Shown: positions 1-13,644 of the stretch, one piece after another
How positions within the stretch are numbered: the first letter of the stretch is position 1
How the letters are laid out: the number at the start of each line of letters is the position of its first letter
DNA from: Octopus sinensis
Lineage: Eukaryota
DNA length: 64,000 bases
Direction: 5' to 3'
NCBI RefSeq assembly: GCF_006345805.1
Contig: NC_042997.1
Span: 174,406,001-174,470,000 of the forward strand
Notes under the pieces: model-generated
The model's database searches: none
Told to the model about the DNA's origin: nothing
Seen by the model: the letters and a program-made list of their open reading frames with translations, nothing else
Position numbers and translations under genes: made by a program

Positions 1-725
1 ATTACATTTTGCAGGACCGTCTTAAGAACATTTGTAGAACAATATTCAAATAGATTTTTACACATTTACAATACATAAGGCAAATGAATGTCATTATAGC
101 TAAGTACCTTTTAGCGATATGGTTCTTGGCTTCTACAATTCCTTATTCGTTTCAATTCGTCTCATTTTTCTCGTAACTTCGCTTCGCATTACACACGCAA
201 AAAGCCCGATGATTATAAAATTTACCCTCAGCACTACACTACAAGGTCTGCTTCTTACATGAAACCAGTGGTAACATAGATGTGAATAATTGTATTATAT
301 GCAAAATAATGTAAATATTTCACTTATCATCTAATAAACTGAGTTCCTTCAAAACGTTGACATATAATATACAATTTAGAAGCACTCACAAAGAAACACA
401 AAAACCTACACATAGACATAGATAATCCAATAAAGGGTTTATGTTATCATAGTCCTTTTACTCTTAATATCGGGTTGCACTTCTTCAAATCAAAATATTA
501 TTCTGTATAAGCGTTAAACGGAAACTGTATAAATCTCAGGTTTATACAGTTTTACTTCTACAATTATCCTTAGCTCCTGTTTATGAAGTGCGTATCTCTC
601 CTTATGTTTTTATAAACAAAAATACACACTCACACACACGCACAGACACATACACACACACACACACACAGAAACACATACATGCACGCGCACACAACAA
701 ACATATAAAATATGTGTTAATATTT

Positions 726-757
<32 letters not shown>

Positions 758-858
758 TGTGTGTGTATGTGCGTGTGCGATTGTAACTATATATATCATT
801 TTTAGATAAACAGATAACGAAACAGATAAATATAGATAGTAAGATATTAGATATTTAT

Positions 859-932
<74 letters not shown>

Positions 933-1765
933 GAGGGGAGAGAGATCTGTGTGTGAGTGTGCGCGCGTGTGTGAATATGTAAACGATGTATGCTTTAGTC
1001 AAGGCTTCACTTGCATTTAAATATTAAACGAATATATATGTAATGGCATACATTCAGACCTATATATATATATATACATACAGGCACATAGAGCGGTGTA
1101 TGTGTATATGCATACATACAACTACATAAAACAACATTGCGTATGTAATTGTGTGTATATATGTGACTTGTGATCGTAGTTGTATTTGTGCCTGTGTGGT
1201 TTTGTATCCACCCGTATTTAGGGTATATTTATGGGTGCGCATATCAAAACTCAATAGGCGAAAAGATATATGATACGAAGTAGCTCATGTTCTGTTAGAT
1301 CAAGTGTAGGGTCTGCGATTCGTACGGGGTGTGTGAGTGCAAAACTCCTGTTCCTATATGTGGATGTGGTTTCGTATGAAGGAGACTGTCATAGATACAG
1401 CCATATGTATACACACACACATATGTATACACACATATATATATATATACACATATATGTATATATACATACATAAGGTTACAAACACGAAGGCACTCTT
1501 ACATGTGTGGATATATAAATATACATGGGTGTGTGTACAGATATACCTGCGTGTGTGTGTATATATGCACACACCTCACCATGGGTTGTTGTATATGCAT
1601 ATGCCCTCGAGATGACCAATCACTTGTAGGTGAAATTTCGGAGAGGAAAATTGCGCAAAAGACATTTCTGTATGAATATATGATTTTTACGGTGTCTATG
1701 TATGTACGCATATATGTATGTGCGTATATATCTATATATGTATATATACATATATATATAGATAC

Positions 1766-1796
<31 letters not shown>

Positions 1797-1876
1797 ATAC
1801 ATACATATATATATATATGTATATATATACATACTACATATATGTATATATGTATATATCCATATATATATGTGTG

Positions 1877-1947
<71 letters not shown>

Positions 1948-2455
1948 ATATAAAGCTTGTGTAAATTTGCCTGTGTATGTAAGTTAATGCACAAGATAAT
2001 ACGAAACTTCACGCACTGGGGGTATGCGATAAATGATAAAACGTCTGTGCGTCTGTGTATGTGTGTGACAGAGAGAGTGTGTGTGCGTGCATGTGTGTAT
2101 TGTAGAGGGATGTATATAAGTATATGGATGCATATATATATATATAAACCTGTGTATGTGTTATTTGAACGTATAGACATAGACACGGACATACACACAC
2201 AAACACAAATAAACAAGTGCAAATGTGAGAAAGATGTGTTCGCACTCAGACAATCGCTGAACATGTATGCCAATAATTGCATCAAGTAATTATTTAACAA
2301 TCACCGTCCATCTTGCTTCTCAACAACCATAAATAACGGAGATAAGACCTCAAATATTTATTTTTAATTTTCTTTCTACTTCCGTTTTTTTTTTCTTCTT
2401 TCATTTTTGTTCTGAATACGTACAAGGACACATATACGTACATGTATATATATAT

Positions 2456-2501
<46 letters not shown>

Positions 2502-2509
2502 ATATATAT

Positions 2510-2540
<31 letters not shown>

Positions 2541-2589
2541 TATATATAATATATATATATATATGTATGTATGTATATATATATATAAT

Positions 2590-2644
<55 letters not shown>

Positions 2645-3554
2645 TTATGTATGTATGTATTAAGACATGAATATATAGGTATATTTGTATAAATACATTC
2701 GTTTATATGTATATGTGTACTGCGCGCGCACACACACATACACATGGTAATATATACTGCTTTTGTTTGTGTCTGTCTCTCTCATACTATCTCTCAATAT
2801 ATATCTATCTACTTATCTATCTACTTATCTAACTATATCTATATATATATATCTATATACATACATATATAATATATATATGTTTGTGTGTGTGTATATA
2901 TATATATATGTATATATATATATGTATATATATATACATGGTATGTGTGTACACATATGGATATGTTTGCACACGTACACATCCATATTTTTCTATTCTC
3001 CCCCTTGGTGAACTTGATATAACAAGATTTTGTTTGTCTACAAGGGCAACGAAGTTTATGAAAAAATATGATAATTGTACAAGGGAGAATTTTAAGACTT
3101 CTCTGGGATTATCTATTTGTGATTGTGTGTGTATGTGCATATTTGTGTGTGCGTATATCTGTGTTTGGGTCTTTAGGTGTGTGTGTATGTTGCACTGCCA
3201 ATTGTGTGGGTTATTAAATTGTGTGTAACTCTTCTACTATGCTTCATGGCTTTGCAGTAATAACTGTTTCCATGTGTGCTTTTAGTTTTGTGTATATAAA
3301 TATATACATATATACGTACGTACAAACACATACACACACACACATAGTCCTGATACCCAAAGAAAGTACGAGAGAGTGTGAAATAATTGTTTTTCTATTT
3401 TCTTTTTTGGAACGGTTTAAATCGAAGGTGATAACGCTAAATATTGAATTAGACACTCTTTGGATACAAGTAGAGTTAAAAACAATACGAAACAAAAAGA
3501 GAAATTATCTACACACACACACACATAAATACATGCATACAGACAGACAGACAG

Positions 3555-4946
3555 AAAATTTGAACCTCGGAATTCTTTGCATTCAATAAAACTGTGGCCC
3601 ACGATGTGTTTGCAGTGCCAGTACTCATATCAACATTTGACCTACCTGATTCGACGCTTGCCGAGATCCGAGCTATCGATGTGGAAAAACCTGAAGATAC
3701 TAACCAACACACATAATTTCTACATCAATAGTGACGTAGACTACCTCTACCTAAAACGAAAGTAAAGCTTAGCATCAATCCAGACTGCCTTTGAATGTCG
3801 TGTCATGTCCCCTCGGCAATATCTTTTAACCACCAAGTGTTGAAGTGCATCCCTTAACCAAGTTTGCATACATGAGGCTGATAACATCATGAGACTTGAA
3901 AAGCAGCTCTTTGTGGAGCATTTATGGCTTAATGATGTTAAATACATAACCAAAGAAGTCGCACGACTCTAAATATCATCAGATGAAAGGATGAGCGAAT
4001 ATCGGTAGAAGACCAGCGTGGATATGTTAGCAGAAAGCTCTGGGATGATAGCGATCATGAAAATAGTCTGTCACGGACCAACAACCGGACTACTAACTCC
4101 CACTTTTAAGGGTAATATGCACCAGATACTTGATGCACAAAAGGGACAGAGAAGGAGAGAAAAGCAGGAAAAAGTGATAACCGATGCAGACTTTGTGGAG
4201 TTAACACCGAAAGTGTCACCCACATCATAATCAGTTGTCCGATGAAACATAATGTTGTTGCTAGGACACAGTATAATGAGATCCGAACGAAGGATAAACC
4301 CGAGGCCAAAGAAATAAGAACCTACAGAATGGTAAAAGCCATAGCTACTTAATTTAAATGCGTACTTGTGGAATGTGCCAGTTTATACCGTCATAAAATG
4401 TAAACATAACAGACCTGACATAGTAATTATGGGATAAGGAGAGAAACTGTGTACAGTTGTGGAAATCAGATGCCCAGCGTTTGTTAATCTGAAGCTAAAG
4501 GTCAGCGAGAAAGAATATACCTACGCTGAACTATTGAGTAATCTACTACTAATCTATTCATATTATAAGTTCAGGTTTATACTCGTAATAATTTGGGCAT
4601 TGGGATATGTAACACATTGTCGAAATATCTTCAGAAATTAGTCTTCTTAAAACCAGAGAGGAGAAAGTTGATTAAAATACTACAGATCCAAGCCATCACA
4701 GGAACTGCAAAAATCTGTAAAACATTCCAGAAGTTCTTCGTTTAAGTATATTTGAGCTTGTCTAGATATGCAAGTATATGCAGAGAATACATACATCAAA
4801 CAAAATATACAAATCTGCACAGATCTACATATACATACAAAAATATCCCGTTGATGTTGACATTCCAATGAAAGAATCTTGGCTGTAGATTAGAAACCAG
4901 CTCTTTCTCAATTGGCAAGAAATCTTTAAATAAAACTCACCAATAA
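3555..4946 (+). mobile_element. RLE-type non-LTR retrotransposon (R4/Dong-like), 5'-truncated and decayed; post-RT region, CCHC finger, restriction-like endonuclease and 3' UTR
   Basis: Manual translation across frameshifts gives AFNKTVAHDVFAVPVL, NSDVDYLYLKRK, a CRLCGVNTESVTHII zinc knuckle, HNRPDIVI...EIRCP (PD-D/ExK region) and a C-terminal LQIQAITGTAKICKTF* (stop ~4745). Followed by (CATA)n. Confidence 0.85.
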
Positions 4947-5067
4947 CATAGATACATACATACATACATACACACATACTTACATACAACCATTCATACG
5001 TACATACATACATACATGCATTCATTCATTCATACATACATACATACATACATACATACATACATAC

Positions 5068-6049
5068 TTAAAAGTGAATTGAGCAACATTGTTCGAACTG
5101 GCAGTGAGCTCCTCAAGTAGCACTCTCTTCCTGATGATCTCCCATACTATCCCAAAAAAGCTGGGCTCTCTTACCTCAGAGAAGACATGGATTGAAAGCA
5201 CCCAGTATACAAAATGACTATATATGGGTACGTTGCACGGAAGCTCAAAGAAGACAGTAGTTTGACACGATGCGCAGCCTCTGTTGAACACAAGACCACT
5301 ACATCACATCTCAATATGAAAGCTATTCGTTTGCAATCCAGGAACAGGAGATCGCCGCAAAGTACCTGTTGAACAAGAGAGACAGTGATGCTCTTGTGAT
5401 CCCAAGGTGCAATCGCATATGTAGGCTATGTCATGTTTATGTGGAAAACATCATGCATGTGGTTAGCAGCCGTCCTAAAATGTCATCACGATCCTACCTC
5501 CCTATGCGTCACGATGTTGTTGCTAAAACAATTTACAACGCCATTCGAAAAAGACAGACCTGAAATAAATTTAGAATCTCCCTCTTTTATGGAATACATT
5601 CATAAACACTAACTCAAAGAATACTGGTGGAATATTCCCATCAAAACTTCTGTGAAATGTAAACGGGCCGCATACTGTTGTTTGGGACAGAGGGACAAAG
5701 GTATGAACCATCATAGAGGTCAGTTGCCCTGCAGATATAAACATCTCTTCGAAGATATCTATGGACAATTGCTTCTATATCCAGACTATGAATTCATATT
5801 CATAGCAATAATAATTGGAGCACTAGGCTTTGTTAGTAAATGCTTAAAGGAGAATCTGGAAAAACTGAGATTTGCAAAAAGAGAAATCGACCGGCTAATT
5901 CGTACATTACCAGTGCAATCTGGGAGTAGAACAGTAAAGAGATACAAAACTTTTCTCAAGTTCCAAATGGAAATTTGTCTGCAGCCTTGTATCTTTGTTG
6001 GAAACCTGCTCCCTCCTCAGTGGAAGATTTATAATAATTAAAAATAGAA
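5068..6049 (+). mobile_element. Second, diverged copy of the same RLE-type LINE lineage (CCHC plus RLE, decayed)
   Basis: AIQEQEIAAKYL, CRLCHVYVENIMHVVSS.P, MRHDVVAK, EVSCPADIN and IIIGALG motifs. Begins immediately after (TACA)n and ends before CATACATACAT. Confidence 0.85.
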
Positions 6050-6700
6050 CATACATACATATGTACATAGAGAAACAATACCGATTTTCCGATATCCTTG
6101 CTTCCAAAAGGGTCATCTGTGCTCACGTCATAATAATTCATCAACACTCCTGTACCAACTTATTGTACACCTCCAATGCGTCTAATGCACCATGAACAGC
6201 TCTGCATATCTTGGATCTATATCGGTTGATGTTTACGTTCGACGATCGCAATTCCCTTAACTATAGTAACCATTGCTAAGAATAAACTGAACTAAATAAA
6301 CAGATGATCTTTCAAAATTTAGACATCGACACTTACAAAATCTAATGTAAATTAACGTGTGTAGACACACGGTACACACAGTGCTACCTGCGAAGGTATA
6401 GTGGATTAGACTGGCGAACGCAGTAATTTCATGTTTCTCCTATTAATTTATCAGGATCAAAACAAATGCAGGACCATAAGTTGGGATAACATTGGTGGTA
6501 TACCTATATATATATATATATTTATGTGTGTGTATGTATGTATGTATGTATGTATGTATGTATGTATGTATGTATGTATGTATGTATGTATATGTATGTA
6601 TGTATGTTGTATGTATGTATGTATGTATGTATGTATGTATATGTGTGTGTATATATATATGGGTACACCAGCTATATATATGTGTATGTATGTATGCATG

Positions 6701-6780
<80 letters not shown>

Positions 6781-6895
6781 TATGTATATATATAACTGTA
6801 TAAATAAATATGGATTTACATACATATATATATGTATATATATATACAAATATATATGGACTGATATGTGTATGTATGTATGTATGTATGTATGT

Positions 6896-6989
<94 letters not shown>

Positions 6990-7087
6990 TACACGCACAC
7001 AATCAAGCGAAGCTTTCAGAGTGAAATGATTTTGTAAATACGTAAGTAGTTACATATGATATAATATAAAATAATATAATGTGTATA

Positions 7088-7126
<39 letters not shown>

Positions 7127-7569
7127 TTGTAGTCATGCATCCCTGTGTGTAGCATACATGTATATAAAAATTGTGTTACACACACATAAACACACACACA
7201 TATCACTCACACATCGAATTACGCCCGTACACACGAATGCACACGTGAACACAGGTCTTGCTAGGTAGGTAGTTAAACGAAGAAATAAGTCCTTGCTTCT
7301 ATGTACAAACACGTAAGCTAGCAGTATTTGTATGCAGTCACCTCTTTGACATTCGAAAGTATTCCTCATATATCACGTCGGAGCATTAATAAGCAAGCGT
7401 GTCGCAATGTATAACAAGATGAAAGACATATTCTAACATGGCGAATATCGGATTTTACATCAATGAACATGCTTGCTATTGTACGTTTGTGTTTGTGTAC
7501 TTACGTCTGCGTATGAGTTTGTGTACATTAATGTGTGTGAGTGTGTGTAGGTGTGTCTATGGCTGTATG

Positions 7570-7601
<32 letters not shown>

Positions 7602-7692
7602 CGCATATATGCATTTGTGTATGTGTAAATATGTATATACATATATGCTTATATACATACATGCTCACAGATTTAGGTGCCGCATATATAGG

Positions 7693-7733
<41 letters not shown>

Positions 7734-7989
7734 GTACATACACGGTGTGCGTCTGATAAACTTTAGTATTAAAAATAGCGAAGTTGTTTTGCTTCTGTTA
7801 TTGTTTTTTTGTTTTTTTAATGGACTTTTGTTTATTTGTTTAAAAATACCACAGATAAAACAAACCGCTTTTCGATATGTGGTTACTTCACACAAATACG
7901 AACGTATTTGAACTTATAGTATTACACACGCACACACACACACACGTACATACACATGTATATACATCATATGCATATGTATATATATA

Positions 7990-8029
<40 letters not shown>

Positions 8030-8088
8030 TATATATACATATACACACATATATATCCATACAAACACACACACTCATATATATATAT

Positions 8089-8120
<32 letters not shown>

Positions 8121-8593
8121 CATACACACACACTCTGATAATTCATATATCAATGTGTGTGTATGTATGTGCATGTGTGTTGTGTGTGAATGCATGTGAG
8201 TGTGAAAGTTACATCGTAATTTTGTCCGATACACTCTGTCTAAGTCTTTGAAATCAGGCTGCTCAACAAAATATGTAAAAATAATACATGCGTTTTAGAT
8301 TCGTTAGACAGAAATGTCGCAAAAGCGTATAGGACCTATTGTAATATATCTCAGCGTACAAGAATTAAATATATCTAATTTCTGGTTTGGGTTTTGGCAT
8401 AGTCTCATAGTCATGTGAGAGAATTGACGATGAATGTGTTGGTGAATTTCAACAGTGCCTTTCTTTCGCTCTTTATACACATATAAACACGCATAAACCC
8501 GTGTGTATGCATGTTTGTGTGCATACACACAAACATGCATACATATGCACATATATGAATGCGTATACATATTTACATAAAGAGATGAAGATA

Positions 8594-9158
8594 TTGGGTT
8601 GTCCGGAAGTTTGTGCCGATTTATAGTGGCTTACCTTTCGACTTGTTATAGAACATGATTGTGTCCATAAACTAGGATTTGACTACACCTCCATTCAGAG
8701 CACAGTTTAAGCTATATTTTCGTGGAAGAAGGTTTATGTTCCTATAACCTGTGTTAATTCTGTAACCCTTTAAAATAGAAGATAAGAAAGTTCATTTTCG
8801 GCACTTGAGGCTTTGGGAACCAGAAAAAATTGCTGCAGCTCGGCTAGGATGTGTTACCCCACCCTCCATATTCACCAGATATTGCTCCTTCAGATTTCCA
8901 CTAATTCAGGTCTCTGCAGAATAGTCGTAATGGTAAAAATTTCAATTCCTTGGATGACGTAAAAAGATACCTTGATGAATTCTTTGCCATGAAGCCACCT
9001 TAATTCTGGGAAGAGGGTATTTTCAAGTTAAAGGAAAGATGGAGACGCATTGTGCAACAAAATAGTTCATATTTGGTTGAATTAAAAATGTAATGGCAAG
9101 TATGTATTGACCTTTTTCTTTCCTTTAAAAATCGGCACGAACTTTCTGGACAACCCAA
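8594..9158 (+). mobile_element. Non-autonomous mariner (internal deletion derivative) with both TIRs
   Basis: TIRs TTGGGTTGTCCGGAAGTTTGTGCCGATTT and AAATCGGCACGAACTTTCTGGACAACCCAA. TA duplication at 8592-8593 and 9159-9160. N-terminal EDKKVHFRHL is joined to C-terminal DVLPHPPYSPDIAPSDFH...LKERWRRIVQQN. Confidence 0.92.
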
Positions 9159-9214
9159 TATGTATATGTATTTATAAATTTAGATATATTTCGATTAAAG
9201 TTGGTCAAGATCTT

Positions 9215-9545
9215 GCTTAACTCTCTGAAAAATGCGGGCAACGTGACAAATCAAGCTGAACTAATTCTCCAGAATCATACAAGTAGCAGGATGTATCCTA
9301 GTTTCATACAGCCGTTGGTTGGATCGGAAATCTGATTAATGGTAACAGACAATCATGCGAAGCAACCTGGCACCAAAGGGGTTGAGGCGGCTCCTAAGGG
9401 TCGCGGTCCCAAGTCTCACACCTATAGAGAAAGAGAGGTAGGACCAGATACTTGAAGACCCGAACATCCTGCTGAGATATTGGAAGCGCTAAACACCCTT
9501 GTCCAGTGAATATACAGCTGCGCCATCAAGTTCAACTCTTCATGA
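9215..9545 (-). mobile_element. RTE-clade LINE fragment (post-RT thumb region), decayed
   Basis: Minus-strand translation VRVFKYLVLPLFLYRCETW...RLNPFGARLLRMI...SDFRSNQRL...CHVARIF matches the typical RTE string (LPVLLYGCETW...RLDSFG...GHVAR). Confidence 0.75.
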
Positions 9546-9561
9546 GACTTCAGATTCGAGT

Positions 9562-9782
9562 GGAGTCGCGTGGCTTAGTGGTTAGGGTGTTAGACTCATG
9601 ATAGCAAGATTGTGGTTTCAATTCCTGGACCGGGTGACAAGTTGCGCTCTTGAGCAAAATACTTCCTTTCACATTTCACGTTGCTCCAGTCCACACAAGT
9701 GGCAAAACTGAATAATCCTGCAATGGACCGACGTCCCCTCCAGGTGGGTAATATTTATACGCCATGGAAACCGGGAAACCAT
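9562..9782 (+). mobile_element. tRNA-derived SINE, family B variant (degenerate)
   Basis: A-box TGGCTTAGTGG, B-box-like GGTTTCAATTCC, CORE-like TTGAGCAAAATACTT segment, and an internal GGACCGACGTCCC..CCAGGTGGG shared with 13347 and 62415. Confidence 0.75.
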
Positions 9783-10338
9783 TCCAACGGCAGTAATTCC
9801 GTTAACTGTTTTTGCTTATTTTAAAATTGCCTACGTATTTCTAATTCGATATTTTTGGTGTTCGCTATATTGAATATGCAAACACTGATTTGGCCGCCTT
9901 TTTTGTCTCAAGGAACTGCCATCTCATTCATTTATGCTCTTGAACTATCGATTCTTTTGACTAGATCTACTCACTCTGTGTAGGAGTTCGTTTTCGGATT
10001 GTGTGCTTAGGAAACGTGCTTTGCAACCGCGTTGTTTCGGATTCAGTCCTTCTGTGTGGCATCTTGAGCAAATATCTTCTGCTACTGTCCCAGACCAACC
10101 AATGCCTTACTAATGAATTTAGTACATGGAAATTTTTGGAAGTCTGTCATACATACATGGATGTGTGTATGTATGTGTGTGTGCGCGCTTGCTTGCCATT
10201 CCACCATAAATTGAAAACCGGTGTCCCAGTAACTGAGCGGTTTGGCAAATGATCGATATAATAAATACCTGACACAAAAAAATATAAAGGGGACGATCAG
10301 TGCAACTACACGCTTCAAGCCAGTACCCCAGAATGGCT

Positions 10339-10370
<32 letters not shown>

Positions 10371-10429
10371 GCATATATGTATTTGTTTAAATCATTACAC
10401 ATCTTTCACAAATAGAACGCAAACACACA

Positions 10430-10469
<40 letters not shown>

Positions 10470-10582
10470 GCACGTAAGCACATATACACACACACTTTTA
10501 TACTCAGATTTGTTAACATCTAATGGAAGTCTGCCATCATTGATGTCAACGCCCATGAAATTTCGCTAATATTTCAACAGAT

Positions 10583-10777
10583 TAAGGCGGCGAGAATGGG
10601 CGAATCGTTACCGCGCCAGACACAATGCTTTACGTTCTGAGTTCAAATTCCACCGAGGTCAACTTTGCCATTCATCCTTTTCTGAGTCGATAAAATAAGT
10701 ACTAGTTGAGCCTTAGTGTCGGTGTAATCAACTTACCTCCTCCCGAGATTTCTGGCCTTCTCCTAAAATTTAAAACC
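10583..10777 (+). mobile_element. tRNA-derived SINE family A (tail type 2)
   Basis: TAAGGCGGCGAG head, GAGTTCAAATTCC B-box, TTTGCCATTCATCC...GTCGATAAAATAAGTAC core. 15-bp TSD AATATTTCA(A/G)CAGAT at 10568-10582 and 10778-10792. Confidence 0.9.
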
Positions 10778-11789
10778 AATATTTCAGCAGATCATATGCT
10801 TATTACTTCAAAACTGAAAATTTAAATTTCCTCACTGTGCTCTGTACTCATTGCTATAATTCAGTACTCCTAGAAAAATATTATATTATCTCCCTCGTTC
10901 AGATTCTAGTAATTATTTAGCAGGATGAAAAGGGGAATACTGTTTCACTAAAAACAGAACGTCTAGAGAATGTGAGTCGAATGTTTAACAATTTTCCCAC
11001 AACCAACAGAAATGTTAAGGGTCGTTACGATTTAACCTTTCAGATACCGAGTGAAAAGGCATAAGATAAGGGTATCTATTTAGCGGCAACTCCTGTATTC
11101 TGTGAGTGAAGAAATGCATTTTATTGCCTACTAAGAAAAAAAAAAGAAGACAAAACTACGAGGAAAAAGAAAGAATTGATTAAATGCTATACGCGCTCGA
11201 GTAATGAATGTTATCACACGGTTGCGATTGGATTTATTGACAAAGTAATGCAGACAATGAAACAAAGAAACTTAGCGGAAAAATACTTACTGAAATGTTA
11301 GCAATGGTGAGTCGATATGGGCCTTTTGCGTATTTGCTCAAACAGGTGACTGATATATTCGAGTAATTCTCCCGTAGATTGTTTAGGAAGAGAATTTCTA
11401 CACTAACAGCATACATATATACATACATGCATACATACATACAAACATGCATGCATGCATACACGCACACACACACACACGCACACATATAATTTTGTTT
11501 TGAGAATTCGTAAGAATCAAGGCACGCCAATTCGTAGGACGCAAAAAGTGGCTAGGCACGATAACATGGAGTTCACGGTGAAATAAATAACTTTGAAGTC
11601 CTCAAGTATTGGTAGGATACAGTGTACACGCAAGTGTCAAATATAATTCAAACCATAGATCTGACACAGGAGTGGGTCTTCTGTGTGGCGTAGATATAAA
11701 ATGTAAAGACAAATAACTTTTAAAATGTGCGACAGCCGTTTCGGGAGAGTTTTGATAACTGCATTAAATGAATAAAATTCTACCGAAAC

Positions 11790-13325
11790 AGGTGTCGTAA
11801 ATTCCAAGTGTCCAGCCCAGTATCCCAAATGTTGGTACTAGCACTGGCACTGCAAATGCATTGTGAGATATAGTCTTCTTAAATGCAGGCGGTTCTATAT
11901 TTTCCAGTGTTTACAGAAGTATTCTTCTACCTTTTGGCTTTAGTTACAGCACCAACACAAGCAACCTTTCCAGTGATTCCAAGATACTTGTACTTTTCAT
12001 CATTGGAGGTAAGGCAGATAAACAAATCTTTGATATACATGTTCTCTGTCTGGGCGACAATTTTTCCTCGGTTGACTGTCATGTATGTGCAGTTATTTTG
12101 CCCAAACTTCTGGCGAATGTTGTGGTTAGTTCTGATTGTTTCTTGATGCTGACCATGTTACCAGAATATAATTTCAGGTCATCAGTAAAAAACGTGTGGG
12201 TGACATTAATTTTGTTCATTTATGCATCTCCCAGCATGTAGCCATGGCATTTTGTTAACAGGGCTGTGAGGGGGTTCACTGCCAGGACAAACATCACGAC
12301 AAATAAACTGGAATATGCCTTTTGATAGTTTAATTGTTTGTAACAATAGGTGTTGCTTTAGTACGTAGTTGTCAGTGATAACTGCGTGGAACAAATTGTT
12401 GTGGTCAGTCCTTCAAAGGTATTCACTATAGCAGCTGGTACTGTGGCAAGGTGTAATGATTCTATCACCGATGAGGGGCGTTTCATGTAGTCTAGATATA
12501 TTGTTATTATGGCGATGTTGCTTAGGTTTCTTCAGGACAGCTTTGTTGAAGAGGTGTTCAGCACCGCCCTAGACACCTTTCTTTCTTCCTACCTGTTCAT
12601 CAGTTATCTCACCATTTGTTTGGCAATTGTCTTGCAGAAATATATATTTCTTTACTGCCCGCAAGGGGCTAAACATAGAGGACAAACAAGACAGGCAAAG
12701 GAATTAAGTCGATTACATCGACCCCAGTGCGAAACTGGTACTTAATTTATCGACCCTGAAAGGATGAAAGGCAAAGTCGACCTCAGCGGAATTTGAACTG
12801 AGAACGTAACGGCAGACGAAATACGGCTACACATTTCGCCCGGCGTGCTAACGTTTCTGCCAGCTCGACGCCTTGTCTTGGAGAAATATATTGACAACCT
12901 GCGTGCTATTTGTGCATAGCATTCTTTCGTCTTGATCAGGTTTCGTGTCTTTCTCAGTCTATTCGCGAAAAAATAGTTTACTGCGTTGTTAATACGAGTT
13001 TTAACATTTACGCTTTTTGGCTGAGTGATTTTGTTTTTAGGATGGCATATTTCTATTCAACAAATTTAGCTTAGTGGCGTAATTGTTTTTCTGAAAATTT
13101 TGAAACTGTTGGATTCTGTAAGTCTCTTCATGTAGTCTATCGCGGTATCTTCTCTAGTCTTTCTGTAAAACTGGTATAGGTTTTGGTTCAGTCCACTGGA
13201 ATTTGATAGTAAATGTCTACGTGACAATATGAAAAGGCTAGATTTTTCCATCAAAAGACTGATTAACACTTTAGAGACACAATCCTTAAGAGGAACAATA
13301 ATACGCAGTACCTTCTTGAAGATAA
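11790..13325 (-). mobile_element. RLE-type LINE reverse transcriptase fragment (same lineage as 3555-6049), interrupted by a SINE
   Basis: Minus strand gives EQVGRKKGV, IYLDY, KGIFQ...VMFVLAVNPL, THTFFTDDLKLYS, EKYKYLGI and KKTISHNAFAVPVLVPTFGILGWT. Many stops and frameshifts. Confidence 0.85.
12646..12874 (-). mobile_element. SINE family A, full length (tail type 1), inserted in the RLE-LINE RT
   Basis: Head, B-box and core as at 59729 and 62215. TSD GTCTTG(C/G)AGAAATATAT at 12629-12645 and 12875-12891. Confidence 0.92.
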
Positions 13326-13346
13326 TATGTAATAATTACTGTTGTT

Positions 13347-13644
13347 GGAGGCACATGGCCTAGTGGTTAGAGCAGCGGACTCGCGGTCGCGGGACCACGG
13401 GTTCGAATCTCAGACCGGGCGATGTTTTTGTTTATGGACGAAACACCTAAGCTCCACGCAGCTCCGGCTGAAGGTAATGGCAAACTTCTGCTGACTCTTT
13501 CGCAACAACTTTCTCGCACTCTTCCCTCCATCTTGCAGCTCACCTGCGACGGACAGGCGTCCCGTCCAGGTGGGGAACCTATACGCCAAGGAAACCGAGA
13601 AACTGGCCCTTATGAGCCAGGCATGGCTCGAGAAGAAACAAACA
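13347..13644 (+). mobile_element. tRNA-derived SINE family B, full length
   Basis: GGAGGCACATGGCCTAGTGG (A box), GGTTCGAATCTC (B box), AAACAAACAAC tail. 9-bp TSD ACTGTTGTT at 13338-13346 and 13645-13653. Near-identical copy at 62415. Confidence 0.92.

Noticed and set aside
13347-13420. tRNA gene (also 62415 and 9562)
   Set aside because: A and B boxes are present but there is no acceptor stem or terminator. The sequence continues into a shared SINE body with a tail and TSD.
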